Source: a virus
Taxonomy: Duplodnaviria > Caudoviricetes
Virus record (IMG/VR): IMGVR_UViG_3300029288_000084
Location: 88,933-152,932 of that record
Length of the DNA: 64,000 bases
Direction: 5' to 3' (one strand)
The notes beneath the pieces were generated by a model, which was not told the DNA's origin, did no database searches, and saw only the letters and a program-made list of their open reading frames with translations. The translations under genes and the position numbers were made by a program. Positions 1 through 9,696 of this stretch are shown piece after piece (positions within the stretch are counted from its first letter, which is position 1; each line of letters opens with the position of its first letter).

Positions 1-198
1 TTGATTTATTTTTATACAAATTGTAGCTAATTTTCCATATGATTGACTCAAGTATCGGGCATATCCTACCATATTGTTATAATCTCCTTTCTTTTTACAT
101 TCATTAAGGTTATATCTTGCATCAGATATATCTTTATTAATTTTCCCTAATTCATCCATGGAATCTTCTTCATTTAATAATTCCTCAAACTTTTGCAT
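1..198 (-). CDS. Partial small protein with MQKFEELLNEE leader (putative internal head protein); runs off window
   Basis: Manual translation from ATG at 198: MQKFEELLNEEDSMDELGKINKDISDARY..., open to position 1; not in ORF track. Confidence 0.7.
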   Translation of the reverse strand, partial: MQKFEELLNEEDSMDELGKINKDISDARYNLNECKKKGDYNNMVGYARYLSQSYGKLATICIKINQ

Positions 199-445
199 TC
201 TCTTTCTCCTTTTGTTTTTTTAAACGATAATTGTAATCAGGATTATCAGTTGAAAATTTTCTGTCTTGGATATATTTGCCCTTTTCACAGAATTTCCAAT
301 GGAATGAAAATGGTGTTAATGTCATTTTCTTACCACATTTTGGACAAACTCGAACCTTCTCTTCATCTAAAATAATATGACGAATTAAAACTTCTTCGTA
401 ATTACCACACTCTTTACTTTCACACTCGAATCCGTAAATTGGCAT
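185..445 (-). CDS. FmdB-family zinc-ribbon protein
   Basis: MPIYGFECxxxxC...CPKCG signature. Confidence 0.75.
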   Translation of the reverse strand: MPIYGFECESKECGNYEEVLIRHIILDEEKVRVCPKCGKKMTLTPFSFHWKFCEKGKYIQDRKFSTDNPDYNYRLKKQKEKENAKV

Positions 446-456
446 TTATAAACCTC

Positions 457-1080
457 CTATTGTGATCCAAATGGATCTGCTTCTGAATTATCAATCACAT
501 TATCTTCGCTATCTTCGTTTTGGATATGCGGAGCATCATCCATGTTGTCGTTATTTGCAATAATTGAATTTATGTCTACTGTTAATTCCTCCTCATCGTT
601 TAAAGCTGTTAGTGATTCTTTAGAATATTTGAAACGTCTAGCTTTGATGGTATAAGTTGAAACTTGACCAAGATGATAGAAAGAAGATTCCATATCTACA
701 TGAGAAATCTCCATTATCATTTTATCTTTTTGCCAAGGCAAATATAGCAAATCACTTATCATTGGCCTTTCTAAACCAGTATAAACTTTGAATTGATCTA
801 TTTGAATAGCAAAAGAAGCCTCATCGTTCAATTCTAATCCAAACTTGGCATACATATCACCTTGACCTTCCCAACCACCTGTGTTGAGAACATAGATAGT
901 CATTTCATATTTATCTTCAAATTTCATCAAGGGATCTTCGCCATAGAAGAAATCTAAAGCTACGTTGGTTTTAGGCAAATAGTAAGCTTGAACACCATAC
1001 ATTTCAATCATTTCGTTGACAATTTTATTGTACGTTGTAAATTCATTGCCACGATAGAATTGAAAGTATTGATTAGCCAT
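457..1080 (-). CDS. gp14: Neck protein, T4 gp14-like
   Basis: EMIEMYG..YYLP, GEDP, FGLEL.DE, P...DLLYLP and C-terminal DPFG typical of gp14. Confidence 0.9.
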   Translation of the reverse strand: MANQYFQFYRGNEFTTYNKIVNEMIEMYGVQAYYLPKTNVALDFFYGEDPLMKFEDKYEMTIYVLNTGGWEGQGDMYAKFGLELNDEASFAIQIDQFKVYTGLERPMISDLLYLPWQKDKMIMEISHVDMESSFYHLGQVSTYTIKARRFKYSKESLTALNDEEELTVDINSIIANNDNMDDAPHIQNEDSEDNVIDNSEADPFGSQ

Positions 1081-1240
1081 TTTTTAGTTGCTTTAAAGTT
1101 TGTATGTATCTTGCTAATAATTTTTCTTTGTCTTTGACTTTTGTTTTCAATTCTTCTATTTCTTTCTCAATTTTATTGATCGAAGTTTGTATGTATTCAG
1201 TATTATCTTCTTCATTCAATAATTCTTCAATTTTATTCAC
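1073..1240 (-). CDS. 55-aa coiled-coil protein with (M)NKIEELLNEE leader
   Basis: Manual translation from GTG 1240: VNKIEELLNEEDNTEYIQ...LKNG*; fills the gap between annotated genes. Confidence 0.65.
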   Translation of the reverse strand: MNKIEELLNEEDNTEYIQTSINKIEKEIEELKTKVKDKEKLLARYIQTLKQLKNG

Positions 1241-1242
1241 TT

Positions 1243-1671
1243 TTATTCTTCTTTCTTAAGAAATTTGTTTTTCATAGTTTCTAACCACAATTTAATAACA
1301 GGTTTTAATAAAGCATATCCACCACATGTTAATCCAGTGAAAAGCATATATTGAACAATTGTCCACATTGAAATTTCTACAGTACTTCCATCTGTGATTG
1401 GTAATTTGCCACTGTATTTTACAATAAATGAGAAACAATACCAGCCTACTAACCAACTTACAGCTAGTTTCCAACCATTCATTTCAATGAGTTTTTCAAT
1501 CCAATCTAACTTGTAGGGATCATGAAAATATTTCTTTTCAATAAAGCATGCTAGAGTTTTTATAATCCACTTGATAATATTGGTTGCGATTATCATAGTG
1601 AAAATAAAAACTAAAACTGCTATTAGGTCTATTTCTAAACCAAAGAGAAATGATATTTTCATTTTATTCAT
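1243..1671 (-). CDS. Three-TM membrane protein, putative holin
   Basis: Three hydrophobic segments, basic C-terminus, close to endolysin. Confidence 0.5.
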   Translation of the reverse strand: MNKMKISFLFGLEIDLIAVLVFIFTMIIATNIIKWIIKTLACFIEKKYFHDPYKLDWIEKLIEMNGWKLAVSWLVGWYCFSFIVKYSGKLPITDGSTVEISMWTIVQYMLFTGLTCGGYALLKPVIKLWLETMKNKFLKKEE

Positions 1672-1867
1672 CCATATTTATTTTTTTATTTCTTAATTGT
1701 TCTAATTGTTTTTGTAATTCTTTTATTTGAGAATGAATTTCTTTTTCTTTCTTTTCAATATATTCATCTTTTGCTTTTTTTAATGCATCTAATTTTGCAT
1801 GCACATCTTTCAAAATTTCATCTTTTGAATTTGGATCTTCTTTCAATAATTCTTCAAATTTTTTCAT
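1664..1867 (-). CDS. Small coiled-coil protein with MKKFEELLKE leader (putative internal head protein)
   Basis: Leader resembles T4 capsid-targeting sequence; AAGGAG SD upstream. Confidence 0.7.
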   Translation of the reverse strand: MKKFEELLKEDPNSKDEILKDVHAKLDALKKAKDEYIEKKEKEIHSQIKELQKQLEQLRNKKINMDE

Positions 1868-1896
1868 TTTTTATTCTCCTTTAAAAATATATATAA

Positions 1897-2670
1897 TTAC
1901 TTTATGCGACCGTAGCCTAATAATTGTGGAACATTTGTTGCATCGTAGTATATTGGAATTTTTGACATATTTAAACAACTATCACAATATCTACTTTGAG
2001 AACTCTTTGCTATAAAAATAGTATTACAAATTAAACATTTATTATGATAAATTCTATTTTTAAAAGCATTTTTTAATTTATTTTTATTTTCTTCGCTTCT
2101 AGTTTTTTCAAACCAAAAATTTTTATTTACTTTGTAATATTCTCTTATTTTTATTTTAAAATTATTATTTTGTTCAATAGAGTGTTTTTTACCTTTATTA
2201 ATTCCCATCATTGTCTCACTCATTTTTTTTCTAAATTCATCTGTTACAGGTTTTCTATTTTTAGCTGCTTCTCTTAAATGTTGTTTATGTATTTCAGTTT
2301 TTGGTTTGCCTTTCCAACTTATACTATGTTCTTTGTAATATTTTTTTAAGGTAGTACTTATTTGAATGCGAATTTCTTCAGATGGATTACTTACACCATC
2401 TTCGCCATCAGTCAAATTATATCCATTTGGCGTTTTACTATTTAATTTTCTAATCCAAGTACTTTCAAAATTGTTGTATTCTTCTTTCGTACAATGTAAT
2501 AAAACCCATCTTTTGTGATTTTCTACCCCATATTTCTTTATCGATCTTCCAATCAAAATTCCATGCCCCCACATATCAGATTGTTGCAATTCTTCATTAG
2601 AATTACATTCAATAGTTTTACCTATGTATTTTTTACCATTGATTAGATTTTGAATACAGTAAACTATCAT
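1897..2670 (-). mobile_element. Free-standing GIY-YIG/NUMOD3 homing endonuclease
   Basis: IVYCIQN...KYIG, GYNLTDG, NUMOD3-like basic repeats, C-terminal Cx2C..Cx2C; last 16 aa duplicate the endolysin C-terminus. Confidence 0.9.
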
Positions 2671-2671
2671 T

Positions 2672-3217
2672 TTATTTTATTCTTCCATAACCAAGAAGTT
2701 TGGGAACATTTGTTGCATCATATTTATATTTATTTACAACAGATGGAAAAGCACCTTTATTTCCTTCCAGCGTTTTTAGAATTTTTTTCCAAGAACCGGG
2801 TGAAACTTCTGAATCATATCGATCAAGAACAAAACCAACATGACCCATCCAAGAAAATTCGTTATCACCTCTCCAGAAAAATACAATATCTCCTGCTTGC
2901 GGTTCTTGTTCTTGAATATCTTTCCAAGCCCAACCATTTGCTTTAAAAATATTATGAAGTTTTCTTGCTGATAGTGTATATTCGAATGGCATCGAAATAT
3001 TTAAATTCTCGCATGCTTCTTTTATACACCAACAAACAAAAGCTGCGCACCAATTCATAGGTGGTTCAGCTAAACCATTGAGATATTTCCTAATGTAAGG
3101 ACCTGAGTTGTTAGTTCCCTCTTCTCCTGCATTAGCATCAAATTCCATGACAGCAAGACTCAGTGCATTTTTTAAAATTTCTAATTTTTTGTCAGTTACT
3201 TTTAGCATTTCCATCAA
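2672..3217 (-). CDS. CHAP-domain peptidoglycan hydrolase (endolysin)
   Basis: NWCAAFV catalytic Cys, PQAGDIV, GHVGFV catalytic His, TLEGN. Confidence 0.9.
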   Translation of the reverse strand: MMEMLKVTDKKLEILKNALSLAVMEFDANAGEEGTNNSGPYIRKYLNGLAEPPMNWCAAFVCWCIKEACENLNISMPFEYTLSARKLHNIFKANGWAWKDIQEQEPQAGDIVFFWRGDNEFSWMGHVGFVLDRYDSEVSPGSWKKILKTLEGNKGAFPSVVNKYKYDATNVPKLLGYGRIK

Positions 3218-3383
3218 TGTTCTCCCTTAAAATATCAGATAATTCTAGTAATTTGTTATTGTGCATATAAACGGTTTCTTTTGTAATTAGAATTGTTTGT
3301 CTATCATCATATGGTTGTATTTCTGCAAAATTAATTTGCAATTTTCGCATTTCTCTTGCAACATATTCTAATACTTCTTTCAT
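3192..3383 (-). CDS. Hypothetical protein
   Basis: ORF in operon orientation. Confidence 0.5.
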   Translation of the reverse strand: MKEVLEYVAREMRKLQINFAEIQPYDDRQTILITKETVYMHNNKLLELSDILRENIDGNAKSN

Positions 3384-3414
3384 ATAAAATATATATAAGA
3401 GTTAAGAAAAATTT

Positions 3415-3948
3415 CTAAAACATTAAATCGTGTTGATATGAGATACCAGCACCTTCTAATATTCTTTCTATTCTAGCTCTAGATTTTTCATGTAATATTA
3501 TTCTATTTTTGTTATGTTGATACCAAATATTTGTTTCATAATATTTATCATTCGGAGGGCTAACAAAACCTTGTGCTTTTCCTGCGCCAATCCAATCACA
3601 TATCATTTCTTGTAAATATGGATATGGCATTTCAAGAACTTTTGTTCTTCCATTATCTTCAGGAAGAACCCACCATTGCCAATGATGCTTGTTTCTTTTT
3701 TGATGAAGCAACCATGCAAAATCAAATTTTTCATCGTTTGTTACTTTAGGTTTACAAAAACCTTCTTTTTGAATATGTTCTTTACTTTTCTTTCCATAGA
3801 AATAATTCATATACGGAAAAAATTCATCAGGGAGAAATTTACTTAAATCGTGGGTTACACCACGCCAAAATAAACCTTCGTGAAAACATTCTAACATAAC
3901 ATACCATTTATGTTTAACGAGATATCTCAAATATTTAAAGAATTTCAT
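3415..3948 (-). CDS. DUF5662-like HD-type protein (start likely MKFFKY at 3948)
   Basis: HK..V, HDLSKF, AWLLH..RNKHHWQ, EMICDW motifs; ATGA overlap with upstream small ORF. Confidence 0.75.
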   Translation of the reverse strand: MKFFKYLRYLVKHKWYVMLECFHEGLFWRGVTHDLSKFLPDEFFPYMNYFYGKKSKEHIQKEGFCKPKVTNDEKFDFAWLLHQKRNKHHWQWWVLPEDNGRTKVLEMPYPYLQEMICDWIGAGKAQGFVSPPNDKYYETNIWYQHNKNRIILHEKSRARIERILEGAGISYQHDLMF

Positions 3949-4085
3949 AAAATTTCCTTTTTTGTTTCTTTTAATGTCTGTTTGATTTTGATTTTCCATC
4001 TATTAACAAAACCCATTTTATGTGGTTTACACATTTTACAAGATCTTTTTTTATGTTTATATTTACTATCTCTATTTATTCCCAT
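3945..4085 (-). CDS. 46-aa basic protein with CKMCKPHK motif
   Basis: Manual translation MGINRDSKYKHKKRSCKMCKPHKMGF...; overlaps both neighbours' stop/start. Confidence 0.6.
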   Translation of the reverse strand: MGINRDSKYKHKKRSCKMCKPHKMGFVNRWKIKIKQTLKETKKEIL

Positions 4086-4810
4086 TAGTAATTTACCTTT
4101 TTATCTTTCTGTTGTATCCTAGTCAAATTATATTTTTTCATAAAGTCTGCTAATTCTTGTTTGTAATTGATATTGTCTTTTTTCAAATTGGTATACAAAT
4201 CTCCTCTGCCCATTGCACGTATATGTTCAACTGAAACAATGTCATATATACCAAGTTTTTTACCCATTTCTAAAGTTTTTTTAGACCATAAATAATCTAA
4301 TCCCCATCCTGTTTTTGTATGATTAAAGTAATCAACAAATGAATGTAATGATTGATAACTAAAAAGCGGGCACATAATTTCTACAAATTTTGTTTCCCGA
4401 GCCACATTGTTTGGTTGTGTTGTTGTATGAGGCCATGTATGTGAACATCCACTTTTCAACGACGGTTGTGCAATGTAAAAATTATTCTTTTTCATCATTT
4501 CAAACATCAGATTAATATCAGCAGTTGATGCTTTTATATCATCATCAGGAAGCCAATAGTAATCATAACAATTTAAAGTCTCAACATTTAGCAATGAATC
4601 ATAAATTAGAGGATATTTGTAACCTTTCTTTTCAATATAAATGTCACATTCAGAATAATATTTATCTCTTACATTTCCATAATAAATCAAACAAAGATCA
4701 AAATTTTTAAATTTACTAGCTTCAACCCAAAATTTGTGAATAGAAGAATCGCCTACTGCTGCAATGACTAGATTATTGTGGGTCATTTGCTTTGTTATTG
4801 ATTTTGTCAT
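4085..4810 (-). CDS. DUF707-like GT-A glycosyltransferase
   Basis: YDYYWLPDDD, AQPS, FVEIMCPLFS, GWGLD motifs. Confidence 0.8.
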   Translation of the reverse strand: MTKSITKQMTHNNLVIAAVGDSSIHKFWVEASKFKNFDLCLIYYGNVRDKYYSECDIYIEKKGYKYPLIYDSLLNVETLNCYDYYWLPDDDIKASTADINLMFEMMKKNNFYIAQPSLKSGCSHTWPHTTTQPNNVARETKFVEIMCPLFSYQSLHSFVDYFNHTKTGWGLDYLWSKKTLEMGKKLGIYDIVSVEHIRAMGRGDLYTNLKKDNINYKQELADFMKKYNLTRIQQKDKKVNY

Positions 4811-5075
4811 TCAACCTAACCCATTCTTCTTTATTTTTATCCCATTCTCCAACAAAACAACTACCATATAATTTATATCCATCTTTAATTGCATCTAAAA
4901 ATAGTTGCCAATCACTTTTCCTTTCTACATTATTTAAAGTAACGATGGGAGGAAATGGTTTTGGGTTAGGCAAGCTTTCTCGATATTTGATAAGTTCGCG
5001 AAGTGCATCATTAAAGTTTCCATTAAAATCATCTGGCAATAAAAAATACATCTGATCTAAACTTAAAACTTTCAT
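4773..5075 (-). CDS. Hypothetical protein
   Basis: ORF with AGGAGG SD. Confidence 0.6.
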   Translation of the reverse strand: MKVLSLDQMYFLLPDDFNGNFNDALRELIKYRESLPNPKPFPPIVTLNNVERKSDWQLFLDAIKDGYKLYGSCFVGEWDKNKEEWVRLNDKINNKANDPQ

Positions 5076-5091
5076 ACAAACCTCCTTTGAT

Positions 5092-5607
5092 TTACATACT
5101 TCCTGAAACGCCTTTTTGTACTACCATTTCAAAACTATATATATCGATTGAATCAACTTGATAAACAAAAGTGACATTCTTAATTTTGTTTTGTAAAATA
5201 TCCTTAACATAGTAAAAATCAAAATTTTCAATTTTATGACTTTGATTATATGGTTGATGTGTTTCTAAGCAATGTTTTCTATATTTTTGTTCAATAGGAC
5301 AATATAAAATTAAACGACCATCTAATTTCAATACACGTAACCATTCTCTCAAAACCTTTTCTGTGTCTACAAAATCTTCAAGCAAATGACTTGAAAAAAC
5401 ATAGTCCAAACTATTATCTTTGAACCAGTATAAGTTACTTGCATCACCCATTAAATTTTGAGGATGTTTACCAACATGTGTGTAAGGTTCAGTTAGATCA
5501 ACGGTTATAGCAGTTGGAATAATTGGATCTCCACCATAACCTAAATCTAAACCATTACCAATACACCAGCAAGCCAAACGCTTTCTACATTTTTCTGTTT
5601 CGCTCAT
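5092..5607 (-). CDS. Class I SAM-dependent methyltransferase
   Basis: GLDLGYG motif I, DYVFSSHLLED, EWLRVLK..G. Confidence 0.85.
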   Translation of the reverse strand: MSETEKCRKRLACWCIGNGLDLGYGGDPIIPTAITVDLTEPYTHVGKHPQNLMGDASNLYWFKDNSLDYVFSSHLLEDFVDTEKVLREWLRVLKLDGRLILYCPIEQKYRKHCLETHQPYNQSHKIENFDFYYVKDILQNKIKNVTFVYQVDSIDIYSFEMVVQKGVSGSM

Positions 5608-5866
5608 TTGTTTCCCTCTTTAGTGGTTCAATTTCCCAACTATACGAACAGCATTTACAATTACAGTGAATAGTATCTTTTTTATAAATTGCATAGTCAT
5701 TGAAAAAAACAACAAACTCATTTGATCTATTTATTACACCATTCAGACTTTTAATACGAGCTATTTCTTTTTCTGGATTTGGATGTTTCGAATAAAATTG
5801 ATAATAAACATCTTTTGACCCACACATAGGGCATGGTGTTTTGCAAGGAAGAATTTTTTTGCCCAT
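5585..5866 (-). CDS. Zinc-ribbon hypothetical protein
   Basis: CPMCGS and CKCC..W. Confidence 0.55.
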   Translation of the reverse strand: MGKKILPCKTPCPMCGSKDVYYQFYSKHPNPEKEIARIKSLNGVINRSNEFVVFFNDYAIYKKDTIHCNCKCCSYSWEIEPLKRETNERNRKM

Positions 5867-5997
5867 GTTAAAACCACGGTTTTAATGCCCAAATAATAGC
5901 CATAGCAACACATTTTACTGCTATTAGCAACATAAGTGCAAGTATAATTATTGTGATTATAGCAACAACAATTTCCTTCATTGTTTCTTTCATTTTA

Positions 5998-6687
5998 TTA
6001 CTCCCTTTCTAAAATCCAACAAGACCTAGGGCCAGCTTCACAGAATTTGTCTTTATATATTGTTGCCTTTACTTTTAGTTTGCAGATTTTAAATAATTGT
6101 TCAATACTTTCATGAGTCATCCAAAAAGAGTATTCATTGTTTTTAGCACCGCCTGGATCTGACATTCCACTTTCAGGATAAAATGTGCCATTAAATGTGG
6201 TGTTGAATTCTTCCATTATACCATTAATTTGAGTTTTTGGGTTTGCAGTATGAGTTTCTAGAACTAGATATTCTGAAAAATGTTTTGTTAAATCCATTAA
6301 ATGTTTCATAGGATTATGAACATGATAAAATACGCCTGAGTGAAAAATAATATCCCATTCTTTATCTTGTGGCAAATTTTCAATATCACCAAGTATAAAA
6401 TTTATTCTATTCATATTACAACCAAGAGAAAAACATCTAGCAAAACCCATGGCGAGATTTGATGCTCTACAATCAATAGAATCTATATTATCTGCATTCA
6501 TATATGCTAAAGAAACTGTGATATGCCCATCTAAAGTTCCAACATCTAAAACAGATTTGTTGTAAAAAGAAATAATCTTAGATGCTTCTTCAACACGACA
6601 ATCCAAATCAGTAATTCGTAAAGGAATGCGCCAATCAAAACGTTGCTCTAATTCAACTATTTGTTCTTCGGTTAAAATGAATTTCAT
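5998..6687 (-). CDS. Class I SAM-dependent methyltransferase
   Basis: VLDVGTLDG motif I, DIIFHSGVFYH, LVLET. Confidence 0.85.
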   Translation of the reverse strand: MKFILTEEQIVELEQRFDWRIPLRITDLDCRVEEASKIISFYNKSVLDVGTLDGHITVSLAYMNADNIDSIDCRASNLAMGFARCFSLGCNMNRINFILGDIENLPQDKEWDIIFHSGVFYHVHNPMKHLMDLTKHFSEYLVLETHTANPKTQINGIMEEFNTTFNGTFYPESGMSDPGGAKNNEYSFWMTHESIEQLFKICKLKVKATIYKDKFCEAGPRSCWILERE

Positions 6688-9140
6688 TTCATCTCCTGTA
6701 TTGCTCTATCTACCGCACTTTGTAACATTTGATGTGTTATCATTTCCATACACATATATTTTTTATCACGTACACAATCAGCTGGGAAAATTCTAGGTGC
6801 TTTTTGCCAATGTTGACAACCTAAACACTTCAACCATTCAACAACTACGGGGAATGTTTTACTACTGACGACTCTGTATTTTGGGTCTATCATTCCAAAA
6901 GGTACAACAGATGGAATATCAAATGCTTGTGCAATGTGCCAAGGCCCACTATCTAAACCTACAAATATTTTTGCATTCTTCATAATAGAAACAAGATCAC
7001 TGTAAGATGTGTTTTTTACATTGATATCTGAATTTAGCAAATATTTGCTGCCCACTTCTAAGATACTGAACCCTTTATTTCTTAAGTAATTTGTAATAAA
7101 TCGAAATTTGTCTAGCGGTAATGCCCTACTATCCCAACCTCTTGTTGGTTCACAATGAACAACAGCTACTCTTTTATCACCAAATAAATTCTTTATTTTG
7201 GTTTCACTACTTGCATTGGGATATAAATACAATCTTTTTTCATTGCTAACACCACATACTTTCGAATAAATATCTATAACGTGATTTTGTGGTTCCTTTT
7301 CATATGCCATATCCAAATCGAAAAATTTATCAAACAAACGATCATCTACTTCATCAGCAGTATTTGTGTACTTAACATCTGGATTCCCAACATAGATTTC
7401 AGGGTTCTTTGTTTGAACAGTAATTTCAGATAAGGGGTATTTTTGTTTCAAGCGATGAAGAACCCCAGTTGATAAAATTTCATCACCTAAAGCTCCACGT
7501 CTTTTGAATAATATTTTATAGTTGAAATTTCTGTTTTTGAAATAATAATCCCATCTCTGTTTAACAAAATATTTGTTTTTAGCTTCATAACCGCGAACAT
7601 CAATATCCAATTTACCCATCGTTGAAGAACGATGGTGCTTAATCGGTAAAGCCACAACTGCTATTTCATATCCTCTTTCTCTCATTCTAAGAGAAAAATC
7701 TGTATCTTCGCAATAACCAAAAGATAGAACTTTATCATCAAACAATCCGTATCTTTTGACTAGTTGATTTTTAATCATAGCACAAGACATTTCAATATAT
7801 TCAACTTGACCATTAAAGAATCCTGTGCCATTGTTGTCTAAAGCAGCAGGATTTTGTTTCAAACCTACAATTGCCATTTTTGGATTTGATAGAAATGGTC
7901 TTTCCATTTCATGCAGCCAATGTGGACAAACTTCTAAATCGTTATTTAAAATAACTAAATATTCACCAGAAGCAATTGAAGCATTGTAATTTTGAGGAGT
8001 CATAAACCCTTGATTTTCTTTTGAATAAAGAATTTGCACATTTGTATTATTTTGTAATTTTATTTTGAGTTCTTCCAAATAATTTTTTGTTCCATCTGTA
8101 CTGTTATTATCAACGATGAGAAGTTCGAAATTTTTATCCATACCAAATTGAGTAATTACAGATTCGAGGCATTTTTTTGTCAATTCAACATGATTATGAC
8201 AAACCATACTAATACTGTATTTTATCTTATTTGAAGAGGCAGTTGGAACAATTACAGAATGGTTTCTATACTCGATAGTTTCATGTGAATGAATAATCTT
8301 GTATTTTTTGGATTGTATATTTTTTTCATGATTTACTTTGGTAAGCCCTTTCATTCTTGACATCATACAATCAATTTCTTTAAACTTGTAACCAGCGTCT
8401 AGAATTCTTCTACACAAATCAACATCCATGAATACCATTGGGTATTTTTTTGCATCATATCGAATTTTCTTTATTACTTCTGTGTATGCTATAAAGATGC
8501 CGCCTTGGATATGTGGGCCAGTTTCTTTTGAAATTGTACCACCAATTGCATATTTGTTTTTTAAACCAGGTTCCTTCATTTCTTTTATCAAACAATTCAA
8601 CCAGTTTTCATCGTATATGTAAGTGTGTTTTGTACACAGATAAACAAATAATTCAGTATTGCAAGCATCTAAAGCTTTATTCATAGCCCCAGACAGAAGT
8701 TGCTTGTTACAATTTTGCAATAATGTAACATTCGGAAATCTAGATTTCAGTTTTACAACTACTTTTTTAACATAATCTATTTCTTTATTGTCGGTATTAT
8801 TATCAACAATTATAAATTTTAGTTTTTCAAAATTATAATCCGTTTTTACAACTTGATTAATTATTTCAGAAAAACAAGATTTACTTTCCTGATTGGTAAC
8901 CATAATAGTTGTAATACAATCACTACTCACAAGACTCACGGGATCGGTTTTTGTATGACACGGTGCTGCTACTGGAATATCCACAGTAATAGTTTTCTTT
9001 CCATATTGTTTTAACATTTTTTTGAATTTATCTTCTAGATCTTCTGGTAGATTTTTATTTAACCCTACAGCAATTCTGTATGTACCACTTGTGTGATTCA
9101 AAGTCCATTCATGTCCAAGTAAATTGTAATAATCAGCCAT
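6684..9140 (-). CDS. Multidomain glycosyltransferase (two GT2-like domains plus GT9 heptosyltransferase-like domain)
   Basis: IIVDNN; IVDNNSTDGT, ILNND, EDTDFS; R.GALGD and FVGLDSGPWHIA.A. Confidence 0.9.
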   Translation of the reverse strand: MADYYNLLGHEWTLNHTSGTYRIAVGLNKNLPEDLEDKFKKMLKQYGKKTITVDIPVAAPCHTKTDPVSLVSSDCITTIMVTNQESKSCFSEIINQVVKTDYNFEKLKFIIVDNNTDNKEIDYVKKVVVKLKSRFPNVTLLQNCNKQLLSGAMNKALDACNTELFVYLCTKHTYIYDENWLNCLIKEMKEPGLKNKYAIGGTISKETGPHIQGGIFIAYTEVIKKIRYDAKKYPMVFMDVDLCRRILDAGYKFKEIDCMMSRMKGLTKVNHEKNIQSKKYKIIHSHETIEYRNHSVIVPTASSNKIKYSISMVCHNHVELTKKCLESVITQFGMDKNFELLIVDNNSTDGTKNYLEELKIKLQNNTNVQILYSKENQGFMTPQNYNASIASGEYLVILNNDLEVCPHWLHEMERPFLSNPKMAIVGLKQNPAALDNNGTGFFNGQVEYIEMSCAMIKNQLVKRYGLFDDKVLSFGYCEDTDFSLRMRERGYEIAVVALPIKHHRSSTMGKLDIDVRGYEAKNKYFVKQRWDYYFKNRNFNYKILFKRRGALGDEILSTGVLHRLKQKYPLSEITVQTKNPEIYVGNPDVKYTNTADEVDDRLFDKFFDLDMAYEKEPQNHVIDIYSKVCGVSNEKRLYLYPNASSETKIKNLFGDKRVAVVHCEPTRGWDSRALPLDKFRFITNYLRNKGFSILEVGSKYLLNSDINVKNTSYSDLVSIMKNAKIFVGLDSGPWHIAQAFDIPSVVPFGMIDPKYRVVSSKTFPVVVEWLKCLGCQHWQKAPRIFPADCVRDKKYMCMEMITHQMLQSAVDRAIQEMK

Positions 9141-9693
9141 GATCTAAATCCTCTTCGTTTGGGATTCCCTTTTTGATAAAAGGTAATCTAGAATTTTCAT
9201 CTATTAGTATAAGATTAATACCCTTTTTTGTTGCTAATTGTTGACATTTACTGAATGCTTCTACTTGTCTATTCCAATTGTAATTTCTGCATCTTGGTTG
9301 AGGTGAAGGATATTTTTTATTAAAATCTTCATCCATTGAAAATCCTTGTAAATAAATTGTACTACCAGCTTTCATTTTGTACAGTAAGAATGAAATGAAA
9401 ATAGAAGGTGTGCAACCAGGAATTAAATGATTTTCTTGTTGATATTGTCTAGATATACGTAAAATAGTAGCATCAGCAAATAAAGGCAAATCTTTAAGTT
9501 CATTGTAATGTGCAGATATTATTACTGTTGCATGTGCATCTGGATAAAATTCTAAAGCACTGTTGATTGTAAAAACAAGAATTCCAGATTTGTATTTGTA
9601 CTTAGAGGCACATTTGCCTCTACCTACAACTACTATTTTATCTGTTTTAAGCGAATCCCATCCTTCTGTAAATTTTTCAATCTCTAGTGTCAT
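9133..9693 (-). CDS. Sialyltransferase/Maf-like fold protein (putative glycosyltransferase)
   Basis: IVVVGRG start, TIN, IYLQGFSM pattern; position in glyco cluster. Confidence 0.5.
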   Translation of the reverse strand: MTLEIEKFTEGWDSLKTDKIVVVGRGKCASKYKYKSGILVFTINSALEFYPDAHATVIISAHYNELKDLPLFADATILRISRQYQQENHLIPGCTPSIFISFLLYKMKAGSTIYLQGFSMDEDFNKKYPSPQPRCRNYNWNRQVEAFSKCQQLATKKGINLILIDENSRLPFIKKGIPNEEDLDHG

Positions 9694-9696
9694 TTT

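Noticed and set aside
1513-1521. DPY in the holin-like protein
   Set aside because: Non-virion membrane protein and followed by Lys; treated as background
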